Origin: Yuukianura sp. NJ FZ-2021
Taxonomy: Eukaryota
Direction: 5' to 3'
Assembly (NCBI GenBank): GCA_046563655.1
Contig: CM102287.1
Span: forward strand, 5,518,001-5,582,000
DNA: 64,000 nucleotides
Below, piece by piece: positions 26,103 through 40,100 of the stretch (position 1 is the stretch's first letter; each line of letters starts with the position of its first letter). The position numbers and the translations under genes are program-made. The notes beneath the pieces are model-generated. The model did no database searches and was not told the origin of the DNA. It saw nothing but the letters and a program-made list of their open reading frames with translations.

Positions 26103-28018
26103 GTAAGAAACAACAAAAATTTTGAGAATTTTTTTTTGCACAACATTTTCAACAAAAGCGTCGAATTTTGGATTGAAATTTTTTTAAACCTCAGAAGCAA
26201 CCATCCTTCACTGCTGAAACCGCATCGAAAACGCTGTTGTTCAACTGGGGATCAGAAGTGCTGACCTACGATCAACTTGCTTTCATGCAAGAATTCCTGA
26301 ATTTTAGGCAACTTTTCTAAAAATCAAAAGCCTCAGCCAAAAAAAAATTTTTTTCAAAATTTTTCTTTTTGCAGCATAAACTTTGTCAACGTTAGTTACT
26401 ACTTGTACTCTTCTGGTCAAGCAGGAATTGGAATGGCAGATGCTCTGAGACTAGGTCAAGTGGATTTGGCAGCAAGTAACACCGCAATGATACCCACCGA
26501 GAATCAATTTCGGTTTCTTTTTGCAACGCGCTTTTTCAGGTCAAAGTTCACTAAAACTAAATTCCATAAAATACAAAATTTCAAAAATAAAAAAGTTAAG
26601 TAGTTTCTTTTTGCGTAAATTTCAGAGAAGTGTACGTTTACTACCATCCTCCACCGAGTTCTACCCATGGAATCGAGTCTGCCCTACAAACCGAAGTGTG
26701 GTGGATGTACTTCGGAATCGGTGGGATCCTGTTTTTGGTTTCCCCACTTTTCTACACCAGATGGAGCTTGGTCGAGTCGTTCTCATGGGTTGTCATGGTT
26801 CTCACAGTTCGCGGTAAGATTCCCATAGCCTAACGTGTTCAGCCTAACTTAAAGTTAGGTTAGCCGAACCTTCCTAAATCCTAAAATTATTCCAATGATC
26901 AAATCTGTTGCAGGAGTGCAAGAACCGGAGCGTCGTTACAAAGTCCCAGCCAGATGCTTCTTCCTCGCCAGCCTTCTTTGTGCTATGATAGTCCACGACT
27001 GTCTCTCCTCTACACTCGTCTCAATTTTTAGCGTCAAAGTCGTCGTCAGTGGCATGGGCGACTTGGCTTCGAGGGGCTACACGTTTGGAATCTGGACGAA
27101 TTCAGTCCTTCATGATGCATTCAAAGTAAAACAATATCCTGGTCAAAGTAAAACAATATCCTAAATCCTAGAAAGTACAAAACACAAAACTTTCTCCAAA
27201 TCAGAAACAAAGTCAAAAAGATAAAAAAAAACTTTCTCCCTCCCTCCGCCTAACATTCAACAATTCCAAACCCAAGTGCAGTCTCCAGCCGAATTGAAAA
27301 ATTAAATCAAGATATCGAAATGAAATAGGTCCCCTCTCTTCCTTTTCCCTAAACATTTTTTTTTGAAAACTTCAGGGAAATCAAATTTCACCACAATCTC
27401 CCCTGGCATTTGCGACGAAAGGCTATAAGACATTTGACAAGGAAGTGGATGGAGCTGTGGAAGTAGCAAACAAAGCCAAGTTTGGTTTCATCAGTGGTCA
27501 AATCCTGTTCCTCGAACACAAGGAATTAAACGACCAGATCGGAGGATGTCAACACGTGAAAATGTTTTCACTTCAAGGAGAAAAGCGGTGGGGAAGCGCC
27601 TATGTGTCATCAAATTCTACGTATACGGATCACTTCAATTTTGTGTAAGAACACTTTCAGTCAGAAAACATCAACAACTGCTTTTGAAACTAACTAACAG
27701 AAACATACAAATAAGAATTAAACCTTAAGATTAGTTTTAAATTATTTCAGGCGAATCATGATGAGTGAGCGTGGAATCAACAACCGCCATCTTCGTCAAA
27801 TTGAATGGGAAACAAATGCCATCAAGAACGCTTGCGCAGAGCAACAACAAGGATCAGATGTCAGTCCAGTGAACATGCCAGAACTAGCTACCGTTGGCTA
27901 CATTTACATCATGGGTGTCGTTTTTACAATTGCCATATTCATCATTGAACTCTACATGCGTAGAAGCCGCAAAGCAGAATTTACGAAAAGTGTAAGTATG
28001 GATTGGTTACTAAAGTAG
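25545..28018 (+). CDS. Divergent ionotropic receptor (IR, variant iGluR family chemoreceptor), 590 aa. Seven exons: 25545-26102, 26195-26307, 26375-26539, 26626-26813, 26914-27125, 27376-27644, 27751-28018.
   Basis: The 1773-nt spliced ORF is open from ATG to TAG. It has a signal peptide (MLVAILVLSVVLGRASS), S1 motifs (FLNFS..., GMADALRLGQVDLA), M1 (EVWWMYFGIGGILFLV), a pore region (ESFSWVVMVLTVRG), M2 (RCFFLASLLCAMIVHDCLSSTLVSIFS), the S2 end (MSERGI) and M3 (VGYIYIMGVVFTIAIFIIE). Confidence 0.9.
26195..26307 (+). CDS. IR exon 2 (KQPSFTAE...QEFLNF), ends at a putative GC donor
   Basis: ctcag acceptor; AG|gcaact donor gives the phase 2 required by the next exon; an in-frame TAA follows 11 nt into the intron. 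Confidence 0.75.
26375..26539 (+). CDS. IR exon 3 (S1 lobe)
   Basis: ttttgcag acceptor; AG|gtcaaa donor; 165 nt. Confidence 0.85.
26626..26813 (+). CDS. IR exon 4 (M1 and pore region)
   Basis: tttcag acceptor; G|gtaag donor; 188 nt. Confidence 0.88.
26914..27125 (+). CDS. IR exon 5 (M2 and start of S2)
   Basis: ttgcag acceptor; AAA|gtaaaa donor; 212 nt. Confidence 0.87.
27376..27644 (+). CDS. IR exon 6 (S2 lobe)
   Basis: cttcag acceptor; GT|gtaaga donor; 269 nt. Confidence 0.85.
27751..28018 (+). CDS. IR exon 7 (ERG motif, M3, C-terminal tail)
   Basis: tttcag acceptor; TAG stop at 28016-28018. Confidence 0.88.
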
Positions 28019-28189
28019 TTCGGAATTGTTTCCTAGCATGAGCGGTAGTGTCTTTGTGGAAAAGTAAATACATAAATTCAAATTGAATTTTGAAATTGTA
28101 GTGATTCGCTGGATTTAAAGCGCGATTTGAAAAATGAACGCTAACATCTCTTCTAGGTAAAAAAAAATTAGAAAAAACAGAGTTCAGTG

Positions 28190-28195
28190 AATAAA
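28190..28195 (+). promoter_or_regulatory. Candidate polyadenylation signal of the IR gene
   Basis: AATAAA about 170 nt after the stop, followed by a GT/T-rich tract (tgtttttgctcgtttctc). Confidence 0.4.
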
Positions 28196-31100
28196 ACATA
28201 ATGATTCGGCCATGTTTTTGCTCGTTTCTCATTTCCTTTGAGCTTGATTTTGATCCCTAGAGGAACCATATGTGTCCAAACATATTACAAAGCTTTGTGT
28301 AAAGTGTAAGTTACTGTTCCTTTGGTAAGCAACAATCCTTTCAAAAAGTTTTAAAAGTCTCATGTCCACCAGAGATCGAATGTCCAAAGAGGAAGAATAG
28401 AAGAATAGATTATGCAAAGATCTCACACAGACTCCACTTCGGCAAATGACTAAACACTACAACTTCCATTCTTCACAATAGTTCTCCCATCATCAGCAAA
28501 TTGCAAAGTCATTCCTCAAATAATGACAGGGGCGGCTCAATGAGAATTCTAATGAAACTCTAATCTACAAAATCAAATCCAATGATTCGTCTGTCCAGAA
28601 CTTCAAATCCAACTGCAACGGTCATTCTCTGCAGCATTCTGCTTCACCCTCCAGCCTGAAGCTCCTTCCAAAATAGCTAGCCTAACCTTTCGAAAAATAA
28701 TTAAACACTTTTCAAAAGTTAGTCTAACCTGAGTTGACCAGAAAACCAATCTTTTCGTTTTAGCGTCCAGACAAAAATTTTAAGTTGGAAATTTCAAAAA
28801 AAAATTCAACCTTAGCTTCATGGACTACGTTAGTCATAGCTGAACTATTCTTTAAACAGTACCATACGCTTTATACGTTCGAATTTTTTTTTCGACATTT
28901 TTTGTTTCAAAATTTTGCGGAACTTTACTTGACGCTTCCACCGTGACGCGCCCAAGGCGGATGTAGTAAATACCCGGAATTGACATTTTCGGGGAACAAA
29001 GCGTTTTTGCTTGCAGCTTTTTTGTTGACTAATATTCTATTGTTCCGAAATCCATTCTGCTTAAAGTTTCTGCACCATACGACCCCCAGTTAATAATTTC
29101 CGGACTAAATCATTCTTCCTTTCTTCAAACGTCGAACCATGGAGGATTAACCACAGCAAAACGCAACGTAACCTAACCTTAACCAAAAACTTCCTGCAAC
29201 TGCTTTCCTGCAAGACCTAATTCCTTATTGATAGTCAATGAGATTAGAATCTGAGAGCAAATTGGGGAACAATGAACTTTCTAATACTGAGCGTTATGTT
29301 TCTGAGAAGCTTATGATTATGTCATAGTTCTTTTGACAGGGACGTAGGACCCATAACTCCCGCATTCTCCAATCATACATTCTAACAATGTTCATAAGAC
29401 TCCCGGGACTCTGACTACGTCGGGATAAGAATCAACTACAATAGGTTACGTAACCTAACAATAGAAGAAAGCCTTAAGCCCACCGTGGGGTATGGAGCAG
29501 GTGAGGGTGAAGCCCACTGGAGGTAGACACTTTTCTATTTATATCAGTCCAACAGTTTATACAGCACAATTTCGAGTGGACAAAACGATTTCTAAAAGGA
29601 TTCTGCAGGGCCCTTAAGGCTAAAGTACAAGGGACCTCATGTGGCACACTGCCATAGATTAATTTAAATGATTAGGAGGTCCAACTCCAACCTGTCTCAA
29701 GCGTATTCTCGATTCAAAAAAATCAAGCTCACTTTTACTTTCCCATGGAAGATGACTGAGCAAGAAGTGAAAATTTTTATTTCATAAATTCCTTTTCCAT
29801 TGTATTCGACTATCCCCCATGCTCAGATAATTTATCAATTGAGCACCACAGAAATCCCCCCATAGGAATTTCCTCAAGAATTTAGTCCTTTGCGTTTGCA
29901 CCCTCATGGTGACCTCTGACCAATGTTTAAGAACAAAGTGACTTCTCTATAATGAACTTTGAATCCAAGTCCGAGTAAATATACACGAGAAACAGCATGT
30001 TTGAAATAACTTTGAAAAAATTTGGTAGAATTCCCGAATTTGTTCCAAGAAAAAAAATATGCGGAGTAGAAAAACACCAAAGCAAAGGCAAGAGCTGGAG
30101 GCAACCAAACTGCATCTATTTTAGCATAAATTGATTTCTACTTTCACCGCATCCCTTTCACCAGGAAAACGGAATTCATGAATTTGAAATTTCCATCACA
30201 AAATCTTCCCCGCACTGATCTTTTCTGCCTTTTAGCCTTGACTTCAAATCAGTTCTTAAATTGATAGCACAACTTCCCAGAGGGTGACTCTAATCCCAAA
30301 ACAAGACAGAGAGGTGTTAGGAAAGCATCATCTTCACAGCCTACCTTCACTCTAAAAAGATGTATAAAAGTGATGAAGGAAAACATCAATTCCACTTTGG
30401 AAGGAAAAGCGACAAGTTGCTTCACAGTTCCCTTTAACTAATCCTTTCACAATCTGTCTTCAGCACAACCACCGAAGAAAGTGGTTTAAGGAGATCACTT
30501 CTCACGGCTCACTTTCACAATAAACTGGGACAGACTTAAAAAAAATGTCAATCAATCTCAAGCACAAAACTCTAAACTGAACAACTTAAAACTAACACTA
30601 CGCATTGTGCTTTAACTGACTAACTAAAGTTTTATTTTGACCAACTCAAACATTTGACATTAAAGAAACTGTAGTACATGCTTCATCTTACACTTTGCAT
30701 CCGTACAAAGTTTGAAGATAATTTACTGGCAAGTTTTCAAAAATATTCAGGTCCCCTGGTTCCTTCTCCTCGGATTCGTTCATTAACTCACAAAATTTAA
30801 ATTAAGTACCGAAAACAAGCTGCTTCGATTTTAAAATTCGGTGTTTCGAAAAACACAGGATGCTTCAAAGGTAGTCGAGAATAATGAAAAAAACATCTCC
30901 ATAAATTGGAAGTGACCAGCCATCGTTCTACCGAATTTGAATTTGAATTTTGGAAGGGTGTGTCTTCGGATTGGTATTTGAGTGGAGGAGATTAGGAAAC
31001 AGTTAGATTGGACCATGTTAACAGGATGACTAAGTTTTATTTTAAGGAGACGCTCCCTTCTTTCGGCATTTGTCTTCAACCCCGCCTCTGCAACTCATCG

Positions 31101-34100
31101 ATGTCAGCCCTACTCAACTGGACATGACACACAAAATGTCAAAATTAGTTCCAGAGTGTCCTCAAGACAATACTTTTCATTTCAAAAAAGAAAGCCATTA
31201 CCATTTACTACCACCATAACTCTAAATTTTCAAGGTTCTATACCCCACCGTCCTAAACTTATAAAACTTACATACTAAAACCAACAGTAAACTGAAATTA
31301 TTAGATTTTACTTTACTCAAGACTTCAAAATTCAAATAAAAAATCGACCTCAAATCCCTACAGAGATTTAAAAAACATCGCACGCCGCTGCGCGTCAGTT
31401 TTCAGTTTCAGTTCATTGTTTAGTTCACTTCTTTATTTCTTTAAGTTTTTGAAATTTTAATATTGATTTTAAATTTTCGATCAAGCGAAAGTCAAAGTCA
31501 ATCAAAGGCGATGCCGCTCCGAAACAATGGACTGAGGAGAACAATATGGTTAATAATTGAGTCCGCACAAGCCAAATGCCCAAGACTTTGAGTCCGTGAC
31601 TTTTTGCTTTTCAAAATACGAAATGCTAAGCTCCACAAAGGATGCACCCCACTGGACTCCATCAAGTAACAAATTAAAGATTCCGATAGCTCCGTTTGGA
31701 CCACAAAGAGATCTTGAAGATGAATCTCGAAGGTCATCCTCCCCCTGATCCCCACATATCACACCTCTACAAGTTAACTTAAGGGAGAGAGATGCAGAGG
31801 CTATTTACATTCTTCCGCCTAAGGAATCAATGACTCACGAGAGTAACAATGGGACTAACAATGGGAACTTCGGAGTGTCATGCCCACAGTGTGACTCCTA
31901 CCTTTCTACAATAATCTATTAGGAACCCAACAACCTTACCCATCCCACCTCAAAATTAATGAGCAAAAGATCAACTCTGCTTGGGGTCAAAGGGTCACCT
32001 AAGTCCCCCCTCTCCGAATCCATTTATTCTGCGGGTGTCAGCCTCTTCAGAGTCAAGGCGTATTCACACCTTAAACCTTGTTTTGTCAGCAGGGTCACAC
32101 GATGGGATACAAATTCAAACACATAAGTTCAATTGCTCTTGTGCACAACTCAAACCATCCACACGGATTCACACTTTCCGCGTATGGATGTCGTCGATTT
32201 TCATGCACGGTTATGTTAAGGGCTTCTTCGGCAATGTTGCATCCTACAGTTCGATTTGTAGCCGCGCAAAATTTTCCCCATATAATTCTACGAAAGAAAG
32301 CACATTTTCAGTTACTCATGCGTCACCGTGTGTGTCCAGAGTCAGACTTTGTACGACAGTGTTCACAAAATTTGGAATACGTTTTCAGAAATTTTGAAAT
32401 CTGAAAACATTTTGTAACTACGGTTATAAGAGCACGCAAAAACCAATTTGTCGTTTAGAAGCGTAACTGTCACTGTTCTTTTGCTCCGAGGTCACCTGAT
32501 GATGTGTGGGTATTCTTAATAAGAGTCCGTAATTGGAAAAGTGTCCATAAATCAAAAGATGGGAGGTGATGAAGTTTCAGAGGAAAGAAAAGGAGAGGTC
32601 AAATTCTAACAAGAAAACAACGGCAAAAACAGCAACATCCAACGGAACTCCATTCCTCATCTTCCCAGCATCTCCACTTTAGAAATCAAATACTAACTCC
32701 GTTACCTCATTATTGCCTAACCTTCGGCTTCAAAAAATTTAAATTAACTTCTCAGCCGATTCATTACTAATTTGCCAAGGGCGCATCTTCTCTAATTTTC
32801 AATCACATTTCTCTTTTGTTATGTTCAACAATGCACAAAGTCAAAGTTCTTTCAAAAAAATTAGTTCAACACCATCCCAAATTTTTCGCAGAAATATTCG
32901 CACATTGTTTTCGATTTCCTCAGATTTTTCTGAAGCGGAATACGCATGCGTGTAAAACAATGTTAAGTTAGAGTTCCTATGGCTATCGTTGCCACTTTCA
33001 ATTTTCAGTAAAAAGTCTCTCGAATGCGAAGCTTATCCTCAACTTCGTTTCTGCCAAGCGCCAATTCGCTTCCCCAAAATCAAATAACTGCATCTGTTTT
33101 TACTCTGAACATGGAAGTTATCCAGCGCATTGCCGAATTGACAGGTTGCAATTTACTCCAATCTCCAAAGGTAAGAATGGCTTTAATTTCAGCCCAATTT
33201 GTTTCTGTTACACTCGAATTGGTTCCAAAAATGAAAACGAAAAACTGAAACTGGCAATTCGCTGGAACCGGGTAAAGTAGGGAGTGACCAATGGAAGTAC
33301 AGGGGCTGGTCTACATCTCAATAACTGACATCAGTTCCAGCGGTGTTCCTCCATAATTGAAATAATTACAGGAAATCTCTCCCGCGTCAGGTGGAGTCGA
33401 CAGGCAACGCACGGGAGAACAGCTTAAAACCTAACCATATCCTATTCCTATTGCACGAAATAGAAAATGGACGAATTGCTCCACTTAATACAACTCTACC
33501 ATTTCCTACTAATCAGTCATCCAAGTGAAGAACAATTACTTTAGCGTTCCTCTTCCATTACTTAACTACAACAATTGACCAATTTCAACTCGAAACAAGC
33601 CCACCATCAGGAGGGCGGGTCAAAATCGTAAACGATTTTTCAAACAATTCGAAAAAAAAGTAACCTCGCAAACCAACGACTACTCAAAAGCTCTCAATCC
33701 CATCACAAAATCACTTGATTCTCATTAATTTAAGGAAAAACTAACTTTTGAAATTAGGAAATCCTGATTTGAGAGATTAAGAATTTCCAAATTGCAACAA
33801 ACTACTCTAAATTCGCCTCATGCTTCCAACTTAAAAGCAAGGATCCGATTACTTTTCAAAGTTCAATCCAAAGGCCGAACTGGATCCAGCCTTTTGGTTT
33901 AAAGGAACAATGAAAAAGCAGGTACCAAAATGTAATAAGAATTTTGTGTAAATCAGGTTTGTTAAGGTTTAGAAGTAAACTGAAACTTAAAGATGCTACA
34001 CTGACAGAATCATAATTTGGGCCGTGAACAATGGTAATGGCAGGAGACAAATTGTAGTGTCTCGTATTCCATATGCACTTTGTGATTAGTGACCCCACAT

Positions 34101-37100
34101 AAATCATCACTCTTCCTCTAAGTTATGATCTCAACGAAAAGCAGTTTTGGCAATACGTTCACAGCAAAAGCGACGCGTTATTACATACAAAGAACAGCAA
34201 AAAAAACTTTCAAAAAAAGCTGAAGAATCACGGTATTCATTGGGTTCGGTAACCTTACAACATTTTTTTAAATTTCAGTGCAAATTCTGGATTGTGAATA
34301 AGCTTTTTGTCAAAAATTTTATGAAAATAAAGCAGAAGTGTAACAAACAAAATTTTTAGACAAACTAACATAAATCCATCATTAGCCTTGTTTTCTAGTC
34401 ATGTTCATTATGTCACATAACAAAAGCCCAAAACGAAACAACTTTCGTTTTGAAGTTGAAAAAGATTATGACCATTAATTCCATTTGCAAAGTTTTCAGG
34501 CCTCCCGCATTATTTTTTAACAACAGTTTAGCCCACTTTCAGAACAAGCAGTTCGTAGTGCATAAGCCTACTTGATACAAAGTCTAAAAAAATTCAGTCC
34601 AAATTCGTAAACATTACAATATCTGCCAACTGCTGCCAACGACTGCGTTTGAAACTTGTGATTTATAAATCCCACTTTAATTGTTCATTAGAACGGTTCT
34701 CGAACCCAATCCCCTGGCTCATAACTTCACTCGTTTCCCAAATATAAAATCACCCTCACTCTAACATGCGATTTTAATGAGAAAATTTCAAATAATTTCA
34801 AGCAATTTCCCTTGGTGTGCTTTTAAAATTCATAGCAGACGCAATTCCTCAGCTCACGTTTCAGAAACATCACGAATTGGTCCTTCATTTTTAAAACAAT
34901 CATTACATGTAAAGGCAATGTGAGCAGAGCAAATACAAGTGCCATTTATTCTACACCAGCCTCATGGAAAGTTATGATCTCGTTGGAATGCGCAAAGAGA
35001 AAGACACTAAAACGCATTATTTTCTCTGGTCAACAACTCACGGCTCAGCATGGAGCAAAACTTCCAGTTTGACATTTGACATGGACGTTATCGAGCAATA
35101 AAGGACGCCTAAAGTGAGGTCAAACCGGAACCACTTAACGCACAAAACACCAATTAATTACCAACACTTAACAGTGTCAACCTCCCTAAATTGTTTAATC
35201 TCAAGAAACCCCCGCGGAGAGTCCGTTCCACCAAAATTTACCACCGAAAATTAATACGCGCCGGCTAAAGCTCCATGAAAAACCATTCACATTCAAATAA
35301 TAATTTTCAACGAGTTTCAATTTTTTGTAATAAAAATTCCTAAAAATGTTACTTTTGGGTGTGATAAAAACTTTCAGGTAAAATTTTAATTATAAAGGAC
35401 AGTAACGGTAAAATTGAAGATTAGACCTGTTAGGTTGACTTTTTCTGAATTACGAGCGTGTTAAATTTTGTGAATTGACACAAGAAAATTCCACTTCGGT
35501 TTCGGACATTTGCAACATTTTATGGCCCTAAGAACGTTGGACTTCGCACATTACCTTTTGAGACCACCAAGGCATTTTAGCACCTAAACAACTCATAATG
35601 GCTCCACTACTTACACTCGCCGTAAATTAAAACCTAACTCGACCTCATGTCAAAATACATTCACAATTTTTCTTTTTCTGCACAAAAAAAAAACAACAAA
35701 ATTTTAAGTTGTGCACTTTGTTTAAATTCCTGTCTAAAATATGTAAGCAAAAAGGTGTCCCAGTTGACACTTATGCAATTTCCCATTATTCTCAAAAGAC
35801 AAGCCAACGGGGTATTTTTTCTCTCTTTGCTTTTATTTATGCATTGCACCCTCCGTAGGGACAAGTGGCAAAAATCATTTATTACCCCCCTAGTGTGGTC
35901 GAATAAATAGGAAATGGCAATATTTCACTCCCGCCAAGGTTCCACGCAAGGTACGACCATAAGATTACGTTTTAGCACTGGAACACTTTTCCATTTCAGT
36001 GCACATAGGACGTCCCACGTGTATCTTCAAAGCGTCACCACACGTAAGTCAACACACATGAAAGGAATATTGCGCTAGATTTTCAATTTTGTGGCTCCCA
36101 AAAATAATAAAGCTTTTCTGTCGTCGTCTCTCCGAAAAGTTCACACCTCCGTGTTGTTATTTCGCGAACTTTGGCACTTTTGGCTTTGAGCTCACAGGAG
36201 CCAGACTACGGACGTGTATAATGAAGGCAATCGATGAAATCCAATACAAACCTCACACTATACGGTGACACTGTTCGTATTTTAGACACGTTTTGAGGAA
36301 ACAATGCCATCCATTTTACACTCTGGAAAACATAAGAACAACTCAGTTCGAAAAACGTGTTTCTGGAAATGTAATCCATCTCCGCCCATGTTTTGCAAAA
36401 CACAATTTCTCACAAATTCCAATTATTAGGGAAGACAGGAGTTGAAGTTTTAGGAGTGATCAGAGGAATAGTCAACCTGCTTTCCTTGTCAAACATTAAT
36501 TCCCCAGTTGGTCATCCCCAAATGTCACCGTCCAACCAAATATGGACTCTACAGAATCCTTGTCACGAAAAGTACTGACAAGCTGAGCTGTCGTTGACCC
36601 AAAGTCGTCAGCCCCATTGACATCAACATCTTCAATTATTAAGGAAAAAGCTCACCAACCTTCTTTCAAACTTCCAACAAATGCTTTCTGGACAAAAAGA
36701 AAAACGCCTACGAAAACTTCACCTTATTTCAGAAAAGATTCGAATTTCACGGAAAAATTTCTGGCTTTAGAACAAAATTTCGAAAAAAAATTCAGATCTA
36801 AATTTTTAACGCCCCGATTTTGTTTGAAAGAATTTCAATTTTCTTTTTAGAGAAATTAAATGTAAATGTAGCTGTAGATTTTAATTGTAAGTCCGCTGAT
36901 GTCGCTAGACGATGAGATGCATATCCGCATGTTTTAGATGCAGAAAAATTCCGACAGTGCGTCTGACTTGCGTCAAAAATTTGACTTTACAACAAAGTCA
37001 TCGCAGTAAATAAAAGTCATTGTCCCAACATAGATCACTTTTGTCTAATCATTGTCATTAAAAATTCACATTGTCAAAACAGAAGCTGAAGTCGGAATTG

Positions 37101-40100
37101 ACATCTTTGACAATATGAAAATCATTCTGCTTCGGAAGCGATTTTACGAAAAACTTTGTTTCATAAACTTTTCATTACTTTCGTTAATTTAGTTCCAAAT
37201 CTCCCAAAGCCCAGGAAATCCTAAACCAAAGCACAAAAAGTCCCCCCAAAATCGTAAAATTTTGACAAGAGCCAGAAAACGCCAGCGTAGTTTTAGAACA
37301 TTTGTGCTTACACCTACCAAAAAAGTGGCGGGTCAAAGGTGAAACAGTTATAAAAGAAATTAATAAAGTTACGTAATCAAGATCCTGCGTAATGAAATAA
37401 ACGTCGGAAAGGCATAAAACCTTGCTCAAGTTTCTTTATTTTCCCTAATGAAAACTGATCCTTTCCAGGACAAAGTCAGGGCCCTTAAAATACATAAAGA
37501 ACACACCTCAGAGAGCCCTTTTATTACTTTCACATCTCACCACCAAAGGCCTCTCAGTTTCAGCCTACTTTTTATTAGCACTTTCTTGTTCCAAAGGCGG
37601 AGAAATGGTAAAAGAAGATGTTTCAGAAGGAAATCATGTTCCTTTTCCTCCAGAGTAGAAGAAAAGAAACCTTCATTTCATTATGTTCTCGTATGCCGCA
37701 AAAGGAAAGAACTACAAATCCAACAACTGCCAGAGAATATAACTGTAATAAACTTTTTTACAATCCACCAGACCAACAAAACTTCAAATTCTGCCCCCTA
37801 TAACCGTCCCTCAACATTACGATTACTGTTATTAAAAGAATACTCCCAAGTCCACTCCCAACTTTTAACTTCTTCCAAACCTATTCCAAAATTCTAAAAC
37901 AAAACGGAAAAAACAACACAAAAAGTCGAAATCCTTCCAGTTAAAGTAAAAAAAAAAGTAAACAGAAAAAAAAATGTTTTTCAAGTTTCGCTAAGATTCC
38001 AATACCGTTTGAAATTCCGCGTCACACAGCAGTTAATGTGAAACGATAAGTTGAACAGATTCAATCATCTCTTCCAATAAACGCTCCCAGAAGAAAATTT
38101 CAAAAAAAAAAAACAAACAAACAAAAAACTGTTTTTGATATTCAATTTTGTTTTCTAACGCCGAAATTCAAATTCGGTTTGATTAGAAATCTGCCGAGTT
38201 TTAGTCTCGCTTTCACTTTCAATTCAACCGTGAACGGACTTTCTCCTAAACTTGCTTCCAGAAAATTTGTTTTTGAAAATTTCTGTTTGAATGAAAACTT
38301 TTTTGACTTTATCGGTGGGTCAAATCCAACCATGATGTTGCTGCCACCAAAAATCCAAAATCCAGCACCATGTTCCTGTCTGGAGAGAGTGACAAGGAAC
38401 ATTTGCAGTTGCAATTTGAACAAGACAGGCCAGCATACAGGCACTTCCTTCTCACCGAAACCTCCTGCCAAAAAGTTCATTCAAGATTTAGAATATCGAT
38501 AACCATCTGAAACCTAAGGTTTCAGAATTTGCCTCCAAAACACCACTTTCTGAAAAGATTGAGTGTTTTTTGTTACCTTGTACTTTGTCACCACAATTTA
38601 GCATAGAGTCTGGTCATCTCATGAATTTGTCAATTATCACCAGATCATCTCTAGCGAAACTCTGTCTATAAATCTCTCCGTCGAGATCTCATAGTCCGAT
38701 AGAACTTCAGCCAACTCTTGGCATCATCATCATTACAAAATCCACTCGCATGAGCACTGCCCATTGAGTTACTTTAACTTCCAAACAGGTTTAAAACGTA
38801 TAAACATGCTCTTCTAACCCCTGTGACAAATTCTCCCAGTTCAGCTTATGAGACAAGCAGAATTGGAATTGGCTCATTCTCATGTTCGAGTACACTCACT
38901 TTAATTATGCTCTTAATTACACGTCGTTTAAATCATAAGTTCTCTTAATCATTACTTTTGCACAGCACGAACGACTTGATCCGATCAAAACTATTCAGTC
39001 ACATGCACATGCAGAAAACAGAAGCCAACTTTTCATTTGAGAAAATGAAAAACTCCCTGCTGCAAGTTGCAGCGCAACAGTATGACATGCAAGTGGGACG
39101 TTACAACACTTTTGCGTTCCCTTGATGAAGAATCCCTCCAAGAATGTGACAGGGTTCCCCGGAGAGAGCATTCGGCCCAAAGGTGGTTCGTTGGCCACCA
39201 CCTAACAAGGTTTTGGCCTAAACGTAAACCACCTAAACGCTCTCCAAATGAATCTCTAATCATCCCTACTTCCCAGAAACCTAACTTTTAAACGTCAAAA
39301 ACCTAACCTAACTTTCAAGAATCCACAAACATAACATAACTTTTCTTGCGGGATAACTAGACTGACGCTGTCCTGTCCAGAGAACTGGTGCCACTTGTTA
39401 GAAATTTACCTTTGACCTTTACAGTGGGCGGACTTTCATTTCCTTCAAAAACCTACAAATTATACGTTGTCGTTGTCTTCTGCCTTGTTTTTCCCTGTAA
39501 TAGGTTTTTGAAGCCGCAAAGTAAGGCATCTTTCCAACAAGATGCTCCAAGTCTAACTCATCTTCCAGCTTCTTACAAAGTCCAAAACAAATACAACCCA
39601 TAAACACTAACAAAAAACTACCATAACCATCTTCCACCCCAAAATTCTGACAGGTTTCATTTCCCACTTGACTCATGGGCTTGGAGGAGCCACGGAATAG
39701 CTTTTTTTCTATTTCTTCTTTTTGAAAATGGAATTCTACAGGTTGGTTTCCCGATTTCCCTTTGGTATCCCTGTCTCTTCCCTGAAACAATTATTTGTCC
39801 TGAAGGTTGAGTGACACACTGTCGAGGAAGCGTCGACTCCAGCAACCAAAAACCTAGCATAACCTCACCCAGGACATAAACACAAATAAGCAACCGACTG
39901 ACACCGTAGTTATCTTCCAGAAAAATTTCACCTACAGTAACATGAAGATGACAGTAAAAGGAAGATAACTAGTGACATGATGAACATTTCTGCCGTTAAG
40001 TTCAATTTCTTTTTTTTGCCTTCATTTAGTACAACCACCACCACAGCTTACTCAATTGTTCGCAGTTTTCGCATTGAAAATAATTGAAAAAAATTTTTTT

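Noticed and set aside
31981..32404. Overlapping plus-strand ORFs (138 and 108 aa) and a minus-strand acceptor followed by a 63-codon frame (32095-32287, IIWGKFCAATNRTVGC...)
   Set aside because: No recognisable domain or partner exons; in the LSD1 phase it stops after 14 codons. Not supportable without homology or RNA data.
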